Origin: Candidatus Cloacimonadales bacterium
Lineage (GTDB): Bacteria > Cloacimonadota > Cloacimonadia > Cloacimonadales > DAONDQ01
Assembly (NCBI GenBank): GCA_963662275.1
Contig: OY759316.1
Coordinates: 1,824,001 to 1,888,000, forward strand
DNA: 64,000 nucleotides
Direction of reading: 5' to 3'
Shown: positions 39,884 to 50,698 of the stretch, one piece after another
Position numbering within the stretch: position 1 is the first letter of the stretch
Layout of the letters: each line of letters opens with the position of its first letter
Notes under the pieces: model-generated
What the model saw: only the letters and a program-made list of their open reading frames with translations
The model's database searches: none
Told to the model about the DNA's origin: nothing
Made by a program: the position numbers and the translations under genes

Positions 39884-42351
39884 ATGGATTCAGAAACAAA
39901 TAAAGAAAAACTCAAAGAAGAATTAGCAAAAAATCTTGAAGAGATAAGCGTTCTCAAAGAAACGAACTCCAGTCTTAAGGCTCAACTCGCAGAGTCAGGT
40001 TCACATTACGATTTAGTTTCTGAGTTACAGCTTGCAATTATGATGAAGAAAACGTCATACCTATAGACAGTGACTATATAATAAAGGATGCATCTCATTT
40101 TTATCAGGTAGATAACCAGTCCTACCCAATAGCGAAAGTCGCTTTATTTCGAAGTCTGTTCAAAGGTCGGGAGGATGTTTTTGCTATTCGTTGGTCTGGT
40201 AAAGATGGCAAATCAGGATATTCTCCTGCTTGTTCTAATGACTGGAAAACTGGAGTATGCGGGAAATTTAACAAAACCTCGTGCTCAAATTGTGACAACA
40301 GAGAATTGATACCCATTACTGATGAAGTAATCTTTCGACATCTCAATGGTGATTTCGTCATAGGTGTATATCCTTTAATGCCAGATGATACATGCTATTT
40401 CCTCGCTTTAGATTTTGATAAGAAAGAGTGGCAAACTGATGTATTAGCTTTTCATGAGACTTGCAATGAAATCGGTATTCCCGCTTATATAGAAAGATCA
40501 CGTTCAGGGAAAGGGGCACATGTTTGGATATTCTTTGAGCAATCCATTCCTGCTCGGATAGCAAGAAACTTGGGATGTGCTTTATTGACGGCAACTTTGG
40601 AGAAACGTCATCAGGTTGGATTGGATTCATATGACCGACTGTTTCCCAATCAGGACACAATGCCAAAGGGCGGGTTTGGGAATCTAATCGCTCTCCCGAT
40701 GCAAAAAGATGCTCGAAAACATAGCAATAGCATCTTTGTTAATGGACATTTACAGCCTTATGAAGACCAGTGGGCATTTCTATCAAAAATGATAAAACTC
40801 TCACTGGATAAGGTTAACCAGTTTATTGCATTGTTGACTAAGGAAAACTCACCCATTGGCAGCCTGAGGATTACTACCGATGAAGATACATTGCCTTGGG
40901 AACAAGTATTCAGAAATGAACCTGTGTTTAGTGATCTTCCATCTCAAGTTAATGTGTTCATTAGCAATATGATATTTATAGAGAAGGAAGGCTTACCTCA
41001 GAAACTAATAATCAGTATTATTCGGCTAGCCGCCTTTCTCAATCCCGATTATTACCGAACTCAGGCTTTGCGCCTCCCCTTATACAACAAACCCAGAATC
41101 ATAAATCTGTCAGTAGAAAGCACAAATCATATCGGTATTCCCCGAGGTTGCTTAGATGAACTGGTGAAGCTATTTGAGCAGTTAGAAATAGAGGCGATAA
41201 TACATGACAACACAAATCATGGTATTTCAAAGGATTTTGAGTTTGAGGGAAAGCTATATGATGAACAGTTAAATGCAGGAAAAGAACTGCTCTGTTACAA
41301 CAACGGCATATTATCCGCGTCGACTGCATTTGGCAAAACGGTGGTAGCTCTATGGTTGGTAGCTCAAAGGAAGACAAGCACATTGGTTATAGTTCATCGC
41401 AGGCAACTGCTCCAGCAATGGAAAGAACGCATTGCAAGTTTCTTGAACATTCCAATCAAAGATATTGGAGAGATAGGAGCAGGCAAAGACAAGCGAACTA
41501 TGAAAATCGATGTTGCTATCATTCAAAGCCTTTATCACGACAAAGAAGTGAAAGAATTTGTAAAAGAATACGGCATGGTTATCGTTGATGAGTGCCATCA
41601 TATCTCTGCATTTTCATTTGAACAGGTTCTCAAAGATGTTAAAGCTAAGTATGTCTATGGGCTTACTGCTACTCCAGTTAGAAAAGATGGTCAGCATCCT
41701 ATAGTCATTATGCAGTGCGGATCTATCAGAGTGAAGATTGATGCACGTAATCAGGCAAATTCCAGAGCTTTCAGTCATTCAGTAATCGTCAGGCATACAA
41801 CATTTCGATTGCCAGATAGTCTGGCTCGTATTGAACCTAAAATTACCGATATCTATCAGGCTTTAGTGGATGATAAAGAGCGAAATGATTTAATCATAGA
41901 TGATATTATAGCAGCGATTGAAGCTGGCAGAAGCCCTTTGATTCTCACTGAACGCATTGCTCATGTGGACTTCTTCATGGAGAAGCTGACAGGTTTTGCG
42001 AAAAACATCATTGTCCTCAAAGGTGGTATGGGCAGAAAGCAACTCAATGCAGTCATGGATAGACTTCACTCAATACCGGAGAATGAGGAAAGAGTGATTA
42101 TCGCCACCGGTAAATACATCGGTGAAGGCTTTGATGATAACAGACTGGATACTCTGTTTCTAACAATGCCAATCTCCTGGAAGGGCACTCTTCAACAATA
42201 TGCAGGCAGACTGAACAGAGTAAATGATTCAAAGACTGAGGTCATCATCTATGATTATGTGGATCGTGAAGTCCCGGTTTTGGCTGCAATGTATGCAAAA
42301 CGAGTCAAAGGCTATGCTTCGATAGGATACAGTATCACTGATAAGCAATGA
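39884..42351 (+). pseudogene. TOTE-type archaeo-eukaryotic primase plus SF2 helicase fusion, -1 frameshift between 40024 and 40066
   Basis: AEP motifs 'ALDFD', 'RSRSGKGAHVW', 'GNLIALP'; helicase 'STAFGKT', DECH, TAT, 'QYAGR'; conserved-looking 'KVALFRSLFKGREDVFA.RW...C..C' lies upstream of the TTG at 40306 in a frame with no start; coiled-coil N-terminus in ORF 39884-40066. Confidence 0.8.
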
Positions 42352-45300
42352 TCAATCAGCAGTCGACAAATATCTGCAGCCTATACCTGTAATAATACTA
42401 ACTCCACCTGCCTGTGGGATTACTTGGATTTGATTTGTGATACGTTCTTTGATTGCTGGAACATGTGATATGATGCCAATTAATTTCCCTTCATTGTTTA
42501 ATGCGGCAAGATTTTCCAGAGCTATTTCTAAGCTGTCTTCATCCAATGAACCAAATCCTTCATCCAAAAACAGAGAGTCGATCCTTACTTTCTGGCTGGA
42601 CATCGCTGATAAGCCGAGAGCAAGGGATAAGCTGACAATGAAGCTTTCGCCACCTGATAAATTCTTGATAGTTCGAATCTCTCCGCCTTGGTAATTGTCT
42701 ATAATATTCAGTTCCAAGGAATCACTTTCACTATTAATTAGAAGGTAGCGATCAGATAGTTTTTGTAGTTGAGCATTGGCATGAGCTATGAGCATTTCAA
42801 AAGTAATGCCCTGAACAAAACCGCGGTACTTCTTGCCATCAGCAGAGCCAATCAAATCGTTTAGCATTTCCCAACGGGTAAGCTGCGATTTTTGCAGGTT
42901 AATTTGGTGATATTGCTCAGCTTGTGCGGTTTTTTGTTTATTATCTTCTTTCAGTTGCGCCTCGATGGTGCCACTTTCACGGTTTAATTGACTCATTTGT
43001 TCCAAAAGGGTTGCGGAGTAACTTTTAAGCTCATGCATTTCGCTTGTGGTAAGCTGCCTGGCGGTTTCAGTTTGTAGCTTTGTGTTGTTGTCATCGATCA
43101 GGGATTGAAGCCTGTTCTTCTCCTGATTAAGTTGTTCATCTCTATGGTTTAGCTCTTCAAATGTTTTCAGCGGCAGGATGGCTGCTTCAAAATCCTGAAG
43201 CGTAGTAAAGCCAGTTTGGGTAATGGCAGTTATAAATCCTGCACTGCTTAGCGTGTGCTGCTTCGTTGTTTCGCTAAATTGCTTCTCGGTTTTTTGCATG
43301 TTTTCCATTGCTCCTTGCAGATCAGAAGTGCTGGTTCCAAGCTTTAATTGCAGAGAGTTCAGAGTGGATTTTTGTTTGTTTAACCGCGTTATCCAGTTTT
43401 GTTCTTCGCTTTGCACATCTTTATCACCAAAGAGCTGTTGCCTCAGTCCAACTTTATCTTTTATTTGGGCTTGCATTGCCTCTATCTTCTGCAATATAGT
43501 TGCTGTCTGGTTGAGGTGATCTTGTGCTGTGGATTGCTTGGTTAACAATATTGTTTTCTTCTGGTTTAGCTCTGCTTGAAGCAATGCTTCATTATCTTTG
43601 TGCTTCTTCCAGTGATCCCTGGCAGTTTCCAGCATGGAAATAAGAGCTTTAGGTTTATCCAGATCAACCAGTTTCACATTCTGGGTATTGAGTTTGTTTG
43701 CTATGATTTGCTTTTCGGCAAAGATTTTGTCTCCCAAGTTGTTAACGGACTCAAAGCACCGATTATACTCCTCAGTAATGGCTTGCATTTCATATTCGAG
43801 ACCGAGCTTTGCTTGCTGCAATGTAGAAAGGCTTTGTTTTTTCTGATTATGCTCCCGCTCCAACGCTATGATTTCTTTGCTTAGCTTTTCTCCTTTGGCG
43901 ATGATTGCAGCCAGTTTTTGATTTTCTGTGCGATTTGTGGAAATAAGTTTTTCAATCTTAAAAGCAGAAAGCTCGCTCAGGGATAGCTTGAGTTGTGCAC
44001 ATAAGGTTACCAGGCTCTGCCGATTCATGGTATCTTTCGTTTCATGATCCTGCAATAGTTGTTTTTGGAACTGCAGCCTTGTGCGAGTTTCTGTATGATT
44101 ATGTTCCTTGGCTTTCAGTTCCATCTGGAGCTTATTGTAAATGATGTTAAGTTCTTGCATGTCTTCAGCAAGAATATTCGGCACTGACGTTCCAGTATCG
44201 GCATAGGGATGATGCAGTGCTCCACAGAGGGGGCAGGCTTCATTGTCTTTCAGCAGCTTGCGTTCATCTTCCAGATTCACTTTTTTCTGTGAGAGTACTA
44301 ATATGGCGTTTTTATCCTCGAGGCTTTGCTCGGTGGATGCCAATTCTTTATTAAGCACAGTGATTTCACCGTCAAGCTGTATAATAAGTGCATTATCTGT
44401 GCTTATCTGTTTATTCGTAATACTTATAGCGCTTTGGCTTGAGGTATGGGCATTGTATAGGTTTTGCAGTTCAATGAGCTTATTGGCATAGTCGCTAATT
44501 TCTTGCAGATTATTGCGATAGTACGTGATATCATGTTCACATAATAGATCTTCCAGGGATGCTGTTAGGTCATTTTTGCTGATTTGAGTGACAGAGAGAG
44601 CGCTCTGCATGGCTTCCATCTGTAGGATAGTATTCTGTAGTTCGGTTGCCTTGGCTTTATTATCAGCAGCTATAAGTTTGATCTTGGCTTTGCCCTGCTC
44701 CTTTTCCATATCTACTAAGCGCTGGAATTGGTCTAAAAGCAGCGGAAGAGAGCCCTCAAGCTCTGCGTCCTGTGCGTGTTTTTCCTGATAATCGTGCACG
44801 GCTTTAAGATTTTGTTCTGCAGTATTTATTTCAGCTTCGAGACCACTGATTTCTGTGGCAATACCTTGGTATTTGGTTTCTAAATCCCTCTTATCGTCCT
44901 GCAGGGTTAAAAGGGCACTTTGTTGGGTCTGGATCAGAGTGTCCAATTCTCTTACCTGAAGGAAAATCTTCTGATTAGTGGTATCTTGCAATTCTGCTGC
45001 ATTTACCAGTTCTTGTTGCTGTTGTAACTCGAGGGTAACAGACCTGGTAAGGATTTCCAATGTGGTAGTCTTTTCTTGGTATCCCTCAAAATCAGACTTA
45101 AGCTCTTCAAGACGCTTAGCAAGAGATTTTACATTACTGTGCTCCCCCAAAAGAGGCTGAGTTTTACGGGCATTTTCCAGATGTAAACGCTGGGGGGCGA
45201 AATCCTTGATCTGATCCTGCAGTGCGCATAGATTTGTCTTGCTCTCGCTAATCTCTTGGTTTAGACGCAGCAAATTTTCTTTCCAGGAGATCAGAGCATT

Positions 45301-46029
45301 GGCTTCCTCGATGTTTTGTTTCAAGCCCTTTTCTTGTGCGCCTAATTCCATCAGCCTGGCTTGCAGTTCACCGCATTCATCCTGGCTCAATACCTGATAG
45401 GCATTCACCAGTCCCAGTAATCTGCTAAGTAATTCCCGCTCGTGATTCCTGCGTTGAAACACTTCTACCGAAATTTTACTATATATATCTGTACCTGTGA
45501 TTTGCTCCAGAATGGTTGCACGCTCATTAATATCAGCTTTCAAGAAAACATCAAAACCACCTTGCGCCAAGAGCATGGAGCGGGTAAAACGCTTGAAATC
45601 CATGCCGGTGACTTCTTCTACCTTATCCTTCACAGTGACAATTGTACTGGCTATGATAGTAATTTCTTCTGCAACCAATGCAATTTCATGGCTGGGGTTT
45701 TGCAACTTTCCATCTACTTTGTTTCGAGCCTTTTTTTGACTCCAATGGCATAAATAGCTTCCTTGACTTGTCTCAAACTGAACTTCTGCAAAACAACTTG
45801 CCGTCTTGCGAGACATTATATCGTTTCCTGATTGATTTACTCGTTTCAGACGCGGTGTCTCTGCATAAAGGGCAAGACAAATTGCATCCAATATAGTAGA
45901 TTTACCAGCTCCAGTAGGTCCGATTATTGCAAATATTCCATTATTGACAAAGCTGGTATTAGTAAAATCTATCTCCCATTCTCCCTCCAAGGAATTCAAG
46001 TTTTGAAATCTCAGCTTTTGTATTCTCAT
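42352..46029 (-). CDS. sbcC: SbcC/Rad50-like SMC ATPase
   Basis: 'GPTGAGKSTILDAICLALY', long coiled coil with zinc hook CPLCG, 'LSGGE', 'LFLDEGFGSLD'. Confidence 0.95.
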   Translation of the reverse strand: MRIQKLRFQNLNSLEGEWEIDFTNTSFVNNGIFAIIGPTGAGKSTILDAICLALYAETPRLKRVNQSGNDIMSRKTASCFAEVQFETSQGSYLCHWSQKKARNKVDGKLQNPSHEIALVAEEITIIASTIVTVKDKVEEVTGMDFKRFTRSMLLAQGGFDVFLKADINERATILEQITGTDIYSKISVEVFQRRNHERELLSRLLGLVNAYQVLSQDECGELQARLMELGAQEKGLKQNIEEANALISWKENLLRLNQEISESKTNLCALQDQIKDFAPQRLHLENARKTQPLLGEHSNVKSLAKRLEELKSDFEGYQEKTTTLEILTRSVTLELQQQQELVNAAELQDTTNQKIFLQVRELDTLIQTQQSALLTLQDDKRDLETKYQGIATEISGLEAEINTAEQNLKAVHDYQEKHAQDAELEGSLPLLLDQFQRLVDMEKEQGKAKIKLIAADNKAKATELQNTILQMEAMQSALSVTQISKNDLTASLEDLLCEHDITYYRNNLQEISDYANKLIELQNLYNAHTSSQSAISITNKQISTDNALIIQLDGEITVLNKELASTEQSLEDKNAILVLSQKKVNLEDERKLLKDNEACPLCGALHHPYADTGTSVPNILAEDMQELNIIYNKLQMELKAKEHNHTETRTRLQFQKQLLQDHETKDTMNRQSLVTLCAQLKLSLSELSAFKIEKLISTNRTENQKLAAIIAKGEKLSKEIIALEREHNQKKQSLSTLQQAKLGLEYEMQAITEEYNRCFESVNNLGDKIFAEKQIIANKLNTQNVKLVDLDKPKALISMLETARDHWKKHKDNEALLQAELNQKKTILLTKQSTAQDHLNQTATILQKIEAMQAQIKDKVGLRQQLFGDKDVQSEEQNWITRLNKQKSTLNSLQLKLGTSTSDLQGAMENMQKTEKQFSETTKQHTLSSAGFITAITQTGFTTLQDFEAAILPLKTFEELNHRDEQLNQEKNRLQSLIDDNNTKLQTETARQLTTSEMHELKSYSATLLEQMSQLNRESGTIEAQLKEDNKQKTAQAEQYHQINLQKSQLTRWEMLNDLIGSADGKKYRGFVQGITFEMLIAHANAQLQKLSDRYLLINSESDSLELNIIDNYQGGEIRTIKNLSGGESFIVSLSLALGLSAMSSQKVRIDSLFLDEGFGSLDEDSLEIALENLAALNNEGKLIGIISHVPAIKERITNQIQVIPQAGGVSIITGIGCRYLSTAD

Positions 46030-47264
46030 TTTGCTTCCTCCGCGTTGGGATCACTCTCTGATAGCATTTGCATAATTTCGTTATAGCAGTTTCGCAGTTC
46101 TAATGATTGAGGTTCATCAATCCCATGCTTTTGAAGGCAGCGTTCAAAAACTTGAATCGTACTGAGATCATCCAAACTCTCATTCAAAGCAGTAGCTGAA
46201 AGTGCCCTACGCATTATACGTTCATTTTTCAAACGTAAAAGCTCAACATCAGTACCAGAAATAATAGACTCAATATCTTCTTTGAGAGATGGTAGAATTT
46301 CATCGCCTGTATAGTAGACTTCAATCCAACATGGTTCACCTTGTTCAACAATCAAATTTAGCTCACTTAAAATTGCGTCCCAGTTACCTTCTATGCTCAA
46401 AAGTCTATTATTCTGTGGGATAGTAATCGGATTGACTGTGGTTTGGGTATCAGAAATATCAATAATTAGCACCTGTTTTTCGTGATCAGCTTCCTTAAAA
46501 CTTAGAGGAAGAGGTGAACCGCTATAACGCAGATTATCCCTACCTTTGATTATTTGCTGTGAATGCAAATGCCCCAATGCGACATAATTGATCTCTGCGG
46601 GGAAAAGGTCTGCCGGAACATACAACAGATTTCCAATATATAGCTCTCTGACTGCTTCCCCTTCTTGTAAGCAGCCTCCAGAAGCAAAGAGATGCCCCAA
46701 TGCAACGATCGGTGGATGGTTTTTGTCTTTTGCTTGAACATCAAACGCTATACTAAAGACATCTTGATAATGTTTAGTGATCCCTGCAAGTAACTTCTGT
46801 TCTTTTTGCTCAATGGATTCATAGGCTTCTATACTACGGATATCGCGTTCTCGGAGGTATGGTACCGCACAAACAATCAAAACACATTTGCCTTCTGCAT
46901 TCTTTATCAGCAAAACCTCATCCGAGGGATTTTCAGTCTTACTTCCTACAACGTGAATTCCCAAGTGCTTAAGCAACCCGCCAGGGGCATTTAAAAAAGT
47001 GGGAGAATCGTGATTGCCACCGATTATGACAATATTTTGACAAGAAGTTTGTTTCATCTGCCACAAGAACTCGTAATACAACTCTTGAGCCCTGCTTCCC
47101 GGCAACGCAGAATCAAACACATCACCAGATACCAAGAGCACTTCTATTTGCTCAGTATTAATTGTGCTAATTAACCAAGATAAGAACTCCCGCTGTTCTG
47201 CATAGCGTTTGTGTCCCATCAAACTGATACCCAGATGCCAATCAGATGTATGTAGAATTCTCAT
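46026..47264 (-). CDS. sbcD: SbcD/Mre11-like nuclease
   Basis: 'ILHTSDWHLG', 'GDVFD', 'GNHDS', 'ALGHLH'; ATGA overlap with sbcC. Confidence 0.95.
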   Translation of the reverse strand: MRILHTSDWHLGISLMGHKRYAEQREFLSWLISTINTEQIEVLLVSGDVFDSALPGSRAQELYYEFLWQMKQTSCQNIVIIGGNHDSPTFLNAPGGLLKHLGIHVVGSKTENPSDEVLLIKNAEGKCVLIVCAVPYLRERDIRSIEAYESIEQKEQKLLAGITKHYQDVFSIAFDVQAKDKNHPPIVALGHLFASGGCLQEGEAVRELYIGNLLYVPADLFPAEINYVALGHLHSQQIIKGRDNLRYSGSPLPLSFKEADHEKQVLIIDISDTQTTVNPITIPQNNRLLSIEGNWDAILSELNLIVEQGEPCWIEVYYTGDEILPSLKEDIESIISGTDVELLRLKNERIMRRALSATALNESLDDLSTIQVFERCLQKHGIDEPQSLELRNCYNEIMQMLSESDPNAEEAK

Positions 47265-47394
47265 ATTCTCTCCATTAAAATAAGCATTGAATTCATCTGT
47301 AATCCATAAGATGTATTACTCTTTTTTCTTTATCATATAGAAATTATAGATCCAATCGATTAATCCAATTTGATTGATTACTTATGACAATTCA

Positions 47395-49509
47395 CTAATT
47401 GACATCCAGACATAGTTTAACAGCCAGTTCCTTACTAATCTCTACTGGAGTACTGTTTTTCAGTCTTTTTAATATTGCTTCGATAGATTTATCTTTCAGC
47501 CAGTATTGTAGATACTCGTGAAGTTGCATCTCAAGTGGAAGCATCATTTGAAATATGGATTGTGCAGTGGTCTTATCAAACAATTTATGGAAGATATCTT
47601 CGTATTCTAAAGGATTATCAGGGAGTGACGCCCATGATAGCGGAGAACTTATGGTCATCGATATGTCATCAGTTTCAAATTCAAAATGACCTGCTTCCAA
47701 TGCTATTGCTCTATTGACTATCTTACCACCAAAAGTGTAATAACGGATACTACCCAGGGATTTTACATATGGGATCGACATCAAGTTTATTGTGTCATGG
47801 GCAACTTTCCGTAATGCATCAAAATAGGAGCAAAGTTTTGGTTCTATAAACTTAAAACAATCAGAATCTGAGTTTAGCATTCTCCAGGTGCGGTCGACAA
47901 TAAATGGGTCAATACAAATTTTGCCACCTGGATACATAAAATCGATTGGATTTCTTCTATTTTCAGTAGGATCAAGTGTTATGGAATCCGGAGAAATTTT
48001 CTTTACGATCCAATATTTACCATGAAAGCGAACAACACTACCCTTATGCAACTTAATTAAGTTAATCTCTGGTACTTCTCCCAGATTCTTAGCCCCATGC
48101 TGAATCCTAATGGATTTTGATCCTAAGCTGAAGTTTCCATAGATCATCCGTAAGTCAACAAGCTGGAACAGTTTCTCGTAAGCCGCATACTTGTATTTAT
48201 AATCGTGTTTAAGGACATACTCTTTATCAGCCAATTCAGAAAGAAGAGAGTCAAGTTTAGGTCTATCAAGATAAGAAATATAACGCACAAGATCATTTAA
48301 ATCAGCAACTTTTACAAATTTTCCTTCATTTGCAGCAATGATACTTAAACACTGTTGTGTTAAAGCACCATACAATTCATAAGGTGTCCTTTGGGAAACC
48401 TCTCCATTAATAGAGCAATCGGTTAAAACACAGAACTTTAAAACATCTATCATTAGCTTCTTACTTGTATCAGGAATCAGGCATATGACATTTACTTTGT
48501 TGGACCTTCTGTTTCCTCTCCCAATTCTTTGCATAAATGCTTCAACACTACTTGGAACATCCCAAACTATTACTGCATCTATATCTCCAATATCAATACC
48601 TAATTCTAGGGTACTTGTCGCAATGCATATCGCTGAGTTTAAAGACGCAAATTTCTCTTCAGTCTCGATGCGAACTTGTTGAGATAAAGATGAATAATGC
48701 ACTAACAATCTTTGTGACAGCATCGTTGATTGACTCAAGCATGAGGCAAGACGCTCACATTCTTTTCTGGAGTCGGCAAAGACCAACAGCTTCAGATTAT
48801 TGCCCATCATGAGCCTTTCAATTAACTGCCGGAACTCTGACAAGTGCCTAACATGTCTTATTTGACAATCAATCATTCTTTCAGATGGGTAGTTAAAGAA
48901 ATCTGCTTTTTCCGTAGAACCCATCAAAAAGTCGCGGACACAAGACACATCACCAATTGTTGCAGAAAGTGCGGCCCATTGAATTGGCTGACCTACTAAA
49001 CCCATTAAACGGTGTAGAAGAATCGATAACTGCAACCCACGTTGCGTATTGTATAGTATATGAACCTCATCCAAGATGATAGCTTTTACAGTTTGAATAC
49101 ACTTTTCTTTTCTAAAGAGAAGAACGTCGAGTGATTCTGGAGTAGTTATCAGGATATGTGGTTTTTGGCAAAGGACAAGATCATCTCGATCTCCGTGCCT
49201 AATGCCAACCTTGAGACCAAGGGAAGCGAGAGGAATTGATAATCGTTTTTCAAGGTCATTGACCAGGGCTTTTGTAGGCGAAATGTAAATCAGAAACAAC
49301 TCATTGTTTGTGATTGCATCAATCCAGAACCTACTTACAATAGGGGCAACTACTGCTTCAGTTTTCCCTGAGCCTGTCCCTGAAGTTAGCACTATATTCC
49401 TCCCAGTCACTAACGGTTCTATCACCGCTTCTTGAGAAATACGTATTGAACAAAAACTGCCGTAAAAAGCAGTTGCTACTCTTTTGTCTAACAGATCTAC
49501 TGATCTCAC
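47395..49509 (-). CDS. Lhr-like DEAD/DEAH helicase (BrxHI/SngC-like)
   Basis: 'SGTGSGKTEA', 'SPTKALVND', 'TTPESLD', DEVH, LSAT, 'TSTLELGIDIG', 'QRIGRGNR'; GTG start overlaps the upstream TGA. Confidence 0.88.
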   Translation of the reverse strand: MRSVDLLDKRVATAFYGSFCSIRISQEAVIEPLVTGRNIVLTSGTGSGKTEAVVAPIVSRFWIDAITNNELFLIYISPTKALVNDLEKRLSIPLASLGLKVGIRHGDRDDLVLCQKPHILITTPESLDVLLFRKEKCIQTVKAIILDEVHILYNTQRGLQLSILLHRLMGLVGQPIQWAALSATIGDVSCVRDFLMGSTEKADFFNYPSERMIDCQIRHVRHLSEFRQLIERLMMGNNLKLLVFADSRKECERLASCLSQSTMLSQRLLVHYSSLSQQVRIETEEKFASLNSAICIATSTLELGIDIGDIDAVIVWDVPSSVEAFMQRIGRGNRRSNKVNVICLIPDTSKKLMIDVLKFCVLTDCSINGEVSQRTPYELYGALTQQCLSIIAANEGKFVKVADLNDLVRYISYLDRPKLDSLLSELADKEYVLKHDYKYKYAAYEKLFQLVDLRMIYGNFSLGSKSIRIQHGAKNLGEVPEINLIKLHKGSVVRFHGKYWIVKKISPDSITLDPTENRRNPIDFMYPGGKICIDPFIVDRTWRMLNSDSDCFKFIEPKLCSYFDALRKVAHDTINLMSIPYVKSLGSIRYYTFGGKIVNRAIALEAGHFEFETDDISMTISSPLSWASLPDNPLEYEDIFHKLFDKTTAQSIFQMMLPLEMQLHEYLQYWLKDKSIEAILKRLKNSTPVEISKELAVKLCLDVN

Positions 49510-50693
49510 ATTGATTCCTGAAACAGATCGTCGAGAGCTTCCACAACTTTTATGATTACATTTCTGACCCTATCCTGAATTTGAACAGCAGCAGCTTTTC
49601 TAACAACCGATTTGAGCTGTGAATCCAACATTATGGTATCAGGTTCCCAATCATATGCAATACCATGTACATCAAAGATTAATAGTGATAGCTCCTCAAG
49701 TTCAATTGTTTGCAATGGACTCATTTCATAAATAGGTAGTTTATCGAATCTAGCGTAATCAAAATCCCACCTTTCCTTCCTCAGTAGAACGCCTTTGCAC
49801 TTTTCAGCAAATTCAGGTGTCACGGCATAGAAAGTTTTTCCAGGGAATAATTTCCCTGAATAAAAATGGAAAAGATTCCAAAAAGCAGTTTCTTGAAATC
49901 TAATATTCCTAAGGTTTGTGATAACATCTTCAAACTCGTCAAAAAGAACAATGAATCCACTTAGCCCAGACTGTTTGCACAAAGTATTAATATCTCTAAG
50001 GATTGCCCAACTCTGTTCATGCCCGTTTTTGTTCATCACAAAAACGTCATCATCGTAGAATTTCCAATCCGGTCTGGGGTCTCTGAAATAAATCCGCAAA
50101 TCAGTGACCAAAGTCTTAAATAGTATTCTTCTCTGACTATTATAAGCTGATGGTTGGTAAAACCAATCCATTATTGTTTCTTGAACTGATTCAATTCCTG
50201 TTGCCCAAGCTCTTATTGCTACATACATTGCCTTAGAATCAAGTACTTCAGAATAATCCCATTTACCATTATTGCACAAATTTTTAAAGTACTCATTATC
50301 AGCTAGTCCTTGATTAATTTTCTTCGTGAACAAATCAAATAAAAGTGATAGTCCCTTATAGTTTTGTAATCCTGGTATTTGGATATTGCGGCATACAGCA
50401 CCAAGAATCTGATCCATACGATTAAATCGGACTGCTGAGTTAGCATCTAAAGTAACAGAACTTACAGCATAGTTCTTTTCTAAGGCTTCTTCTCGAATGA
50501 ATTTCAATAAATGTGTTTTCCCTGAGCCATAGTTTGCCTTTAATAAAAGAACTGTACCGTTGTGTGTATTTAGTCTCTCTGAAAGATCATTAATCTCATG
50601 TTTGCGTCCTACAGTAAAATGCCTTACAAATCCTTCCGGAGGGATACCATTACGAAGCGATTCGATAATAATCTGTGCTTGTTGGGTATTCAT
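49506..50693 (-). CDS. DUF2791/BrxD-like P-loop ATPase (second copy)
   Basis: 'IIESLRNGIPP..FTVGR', Walker A 'ANYGSGKTH', Walker B 'IVLFDE'. Confidence 0.82.
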   Translation of the reverse strand: MNTQQAQIIIESLRNGIPPEGFVRHFTVGRKHEINDLSERLNTHNGTVLLLKANYGSGKTHLLKFIREEALEKNYAVSSVTLDANSAVRFNRMDQILGAVCRNIQIPGLQNYKGLSLLFDLFTKKINQGLADNEYFKNLCNNGKWDYSEVLDSKAMYVAIRAWATGIESVQETIMDWFYQPSAYNSQRRILFKTLVTDLRIYFRDPRPDWKFYDDDVFVMNKNGHEQSWAILRDINTLCKQSGLSGFIVLFDEFEDVITNLRNIRFQETAFWNLFHFYSGKLFPGKTFYAVTPEFAEKCKGVLLRKERWDFDYARFDKLPIYEMSPLQTIELEELSLLIFDVHGIAYDWEPDTIMLDSQLKSVVRKAAAVQIQDRVRNVIIKVVEALDDLFQESM

Positions 50694-50698
50694 ATCAC

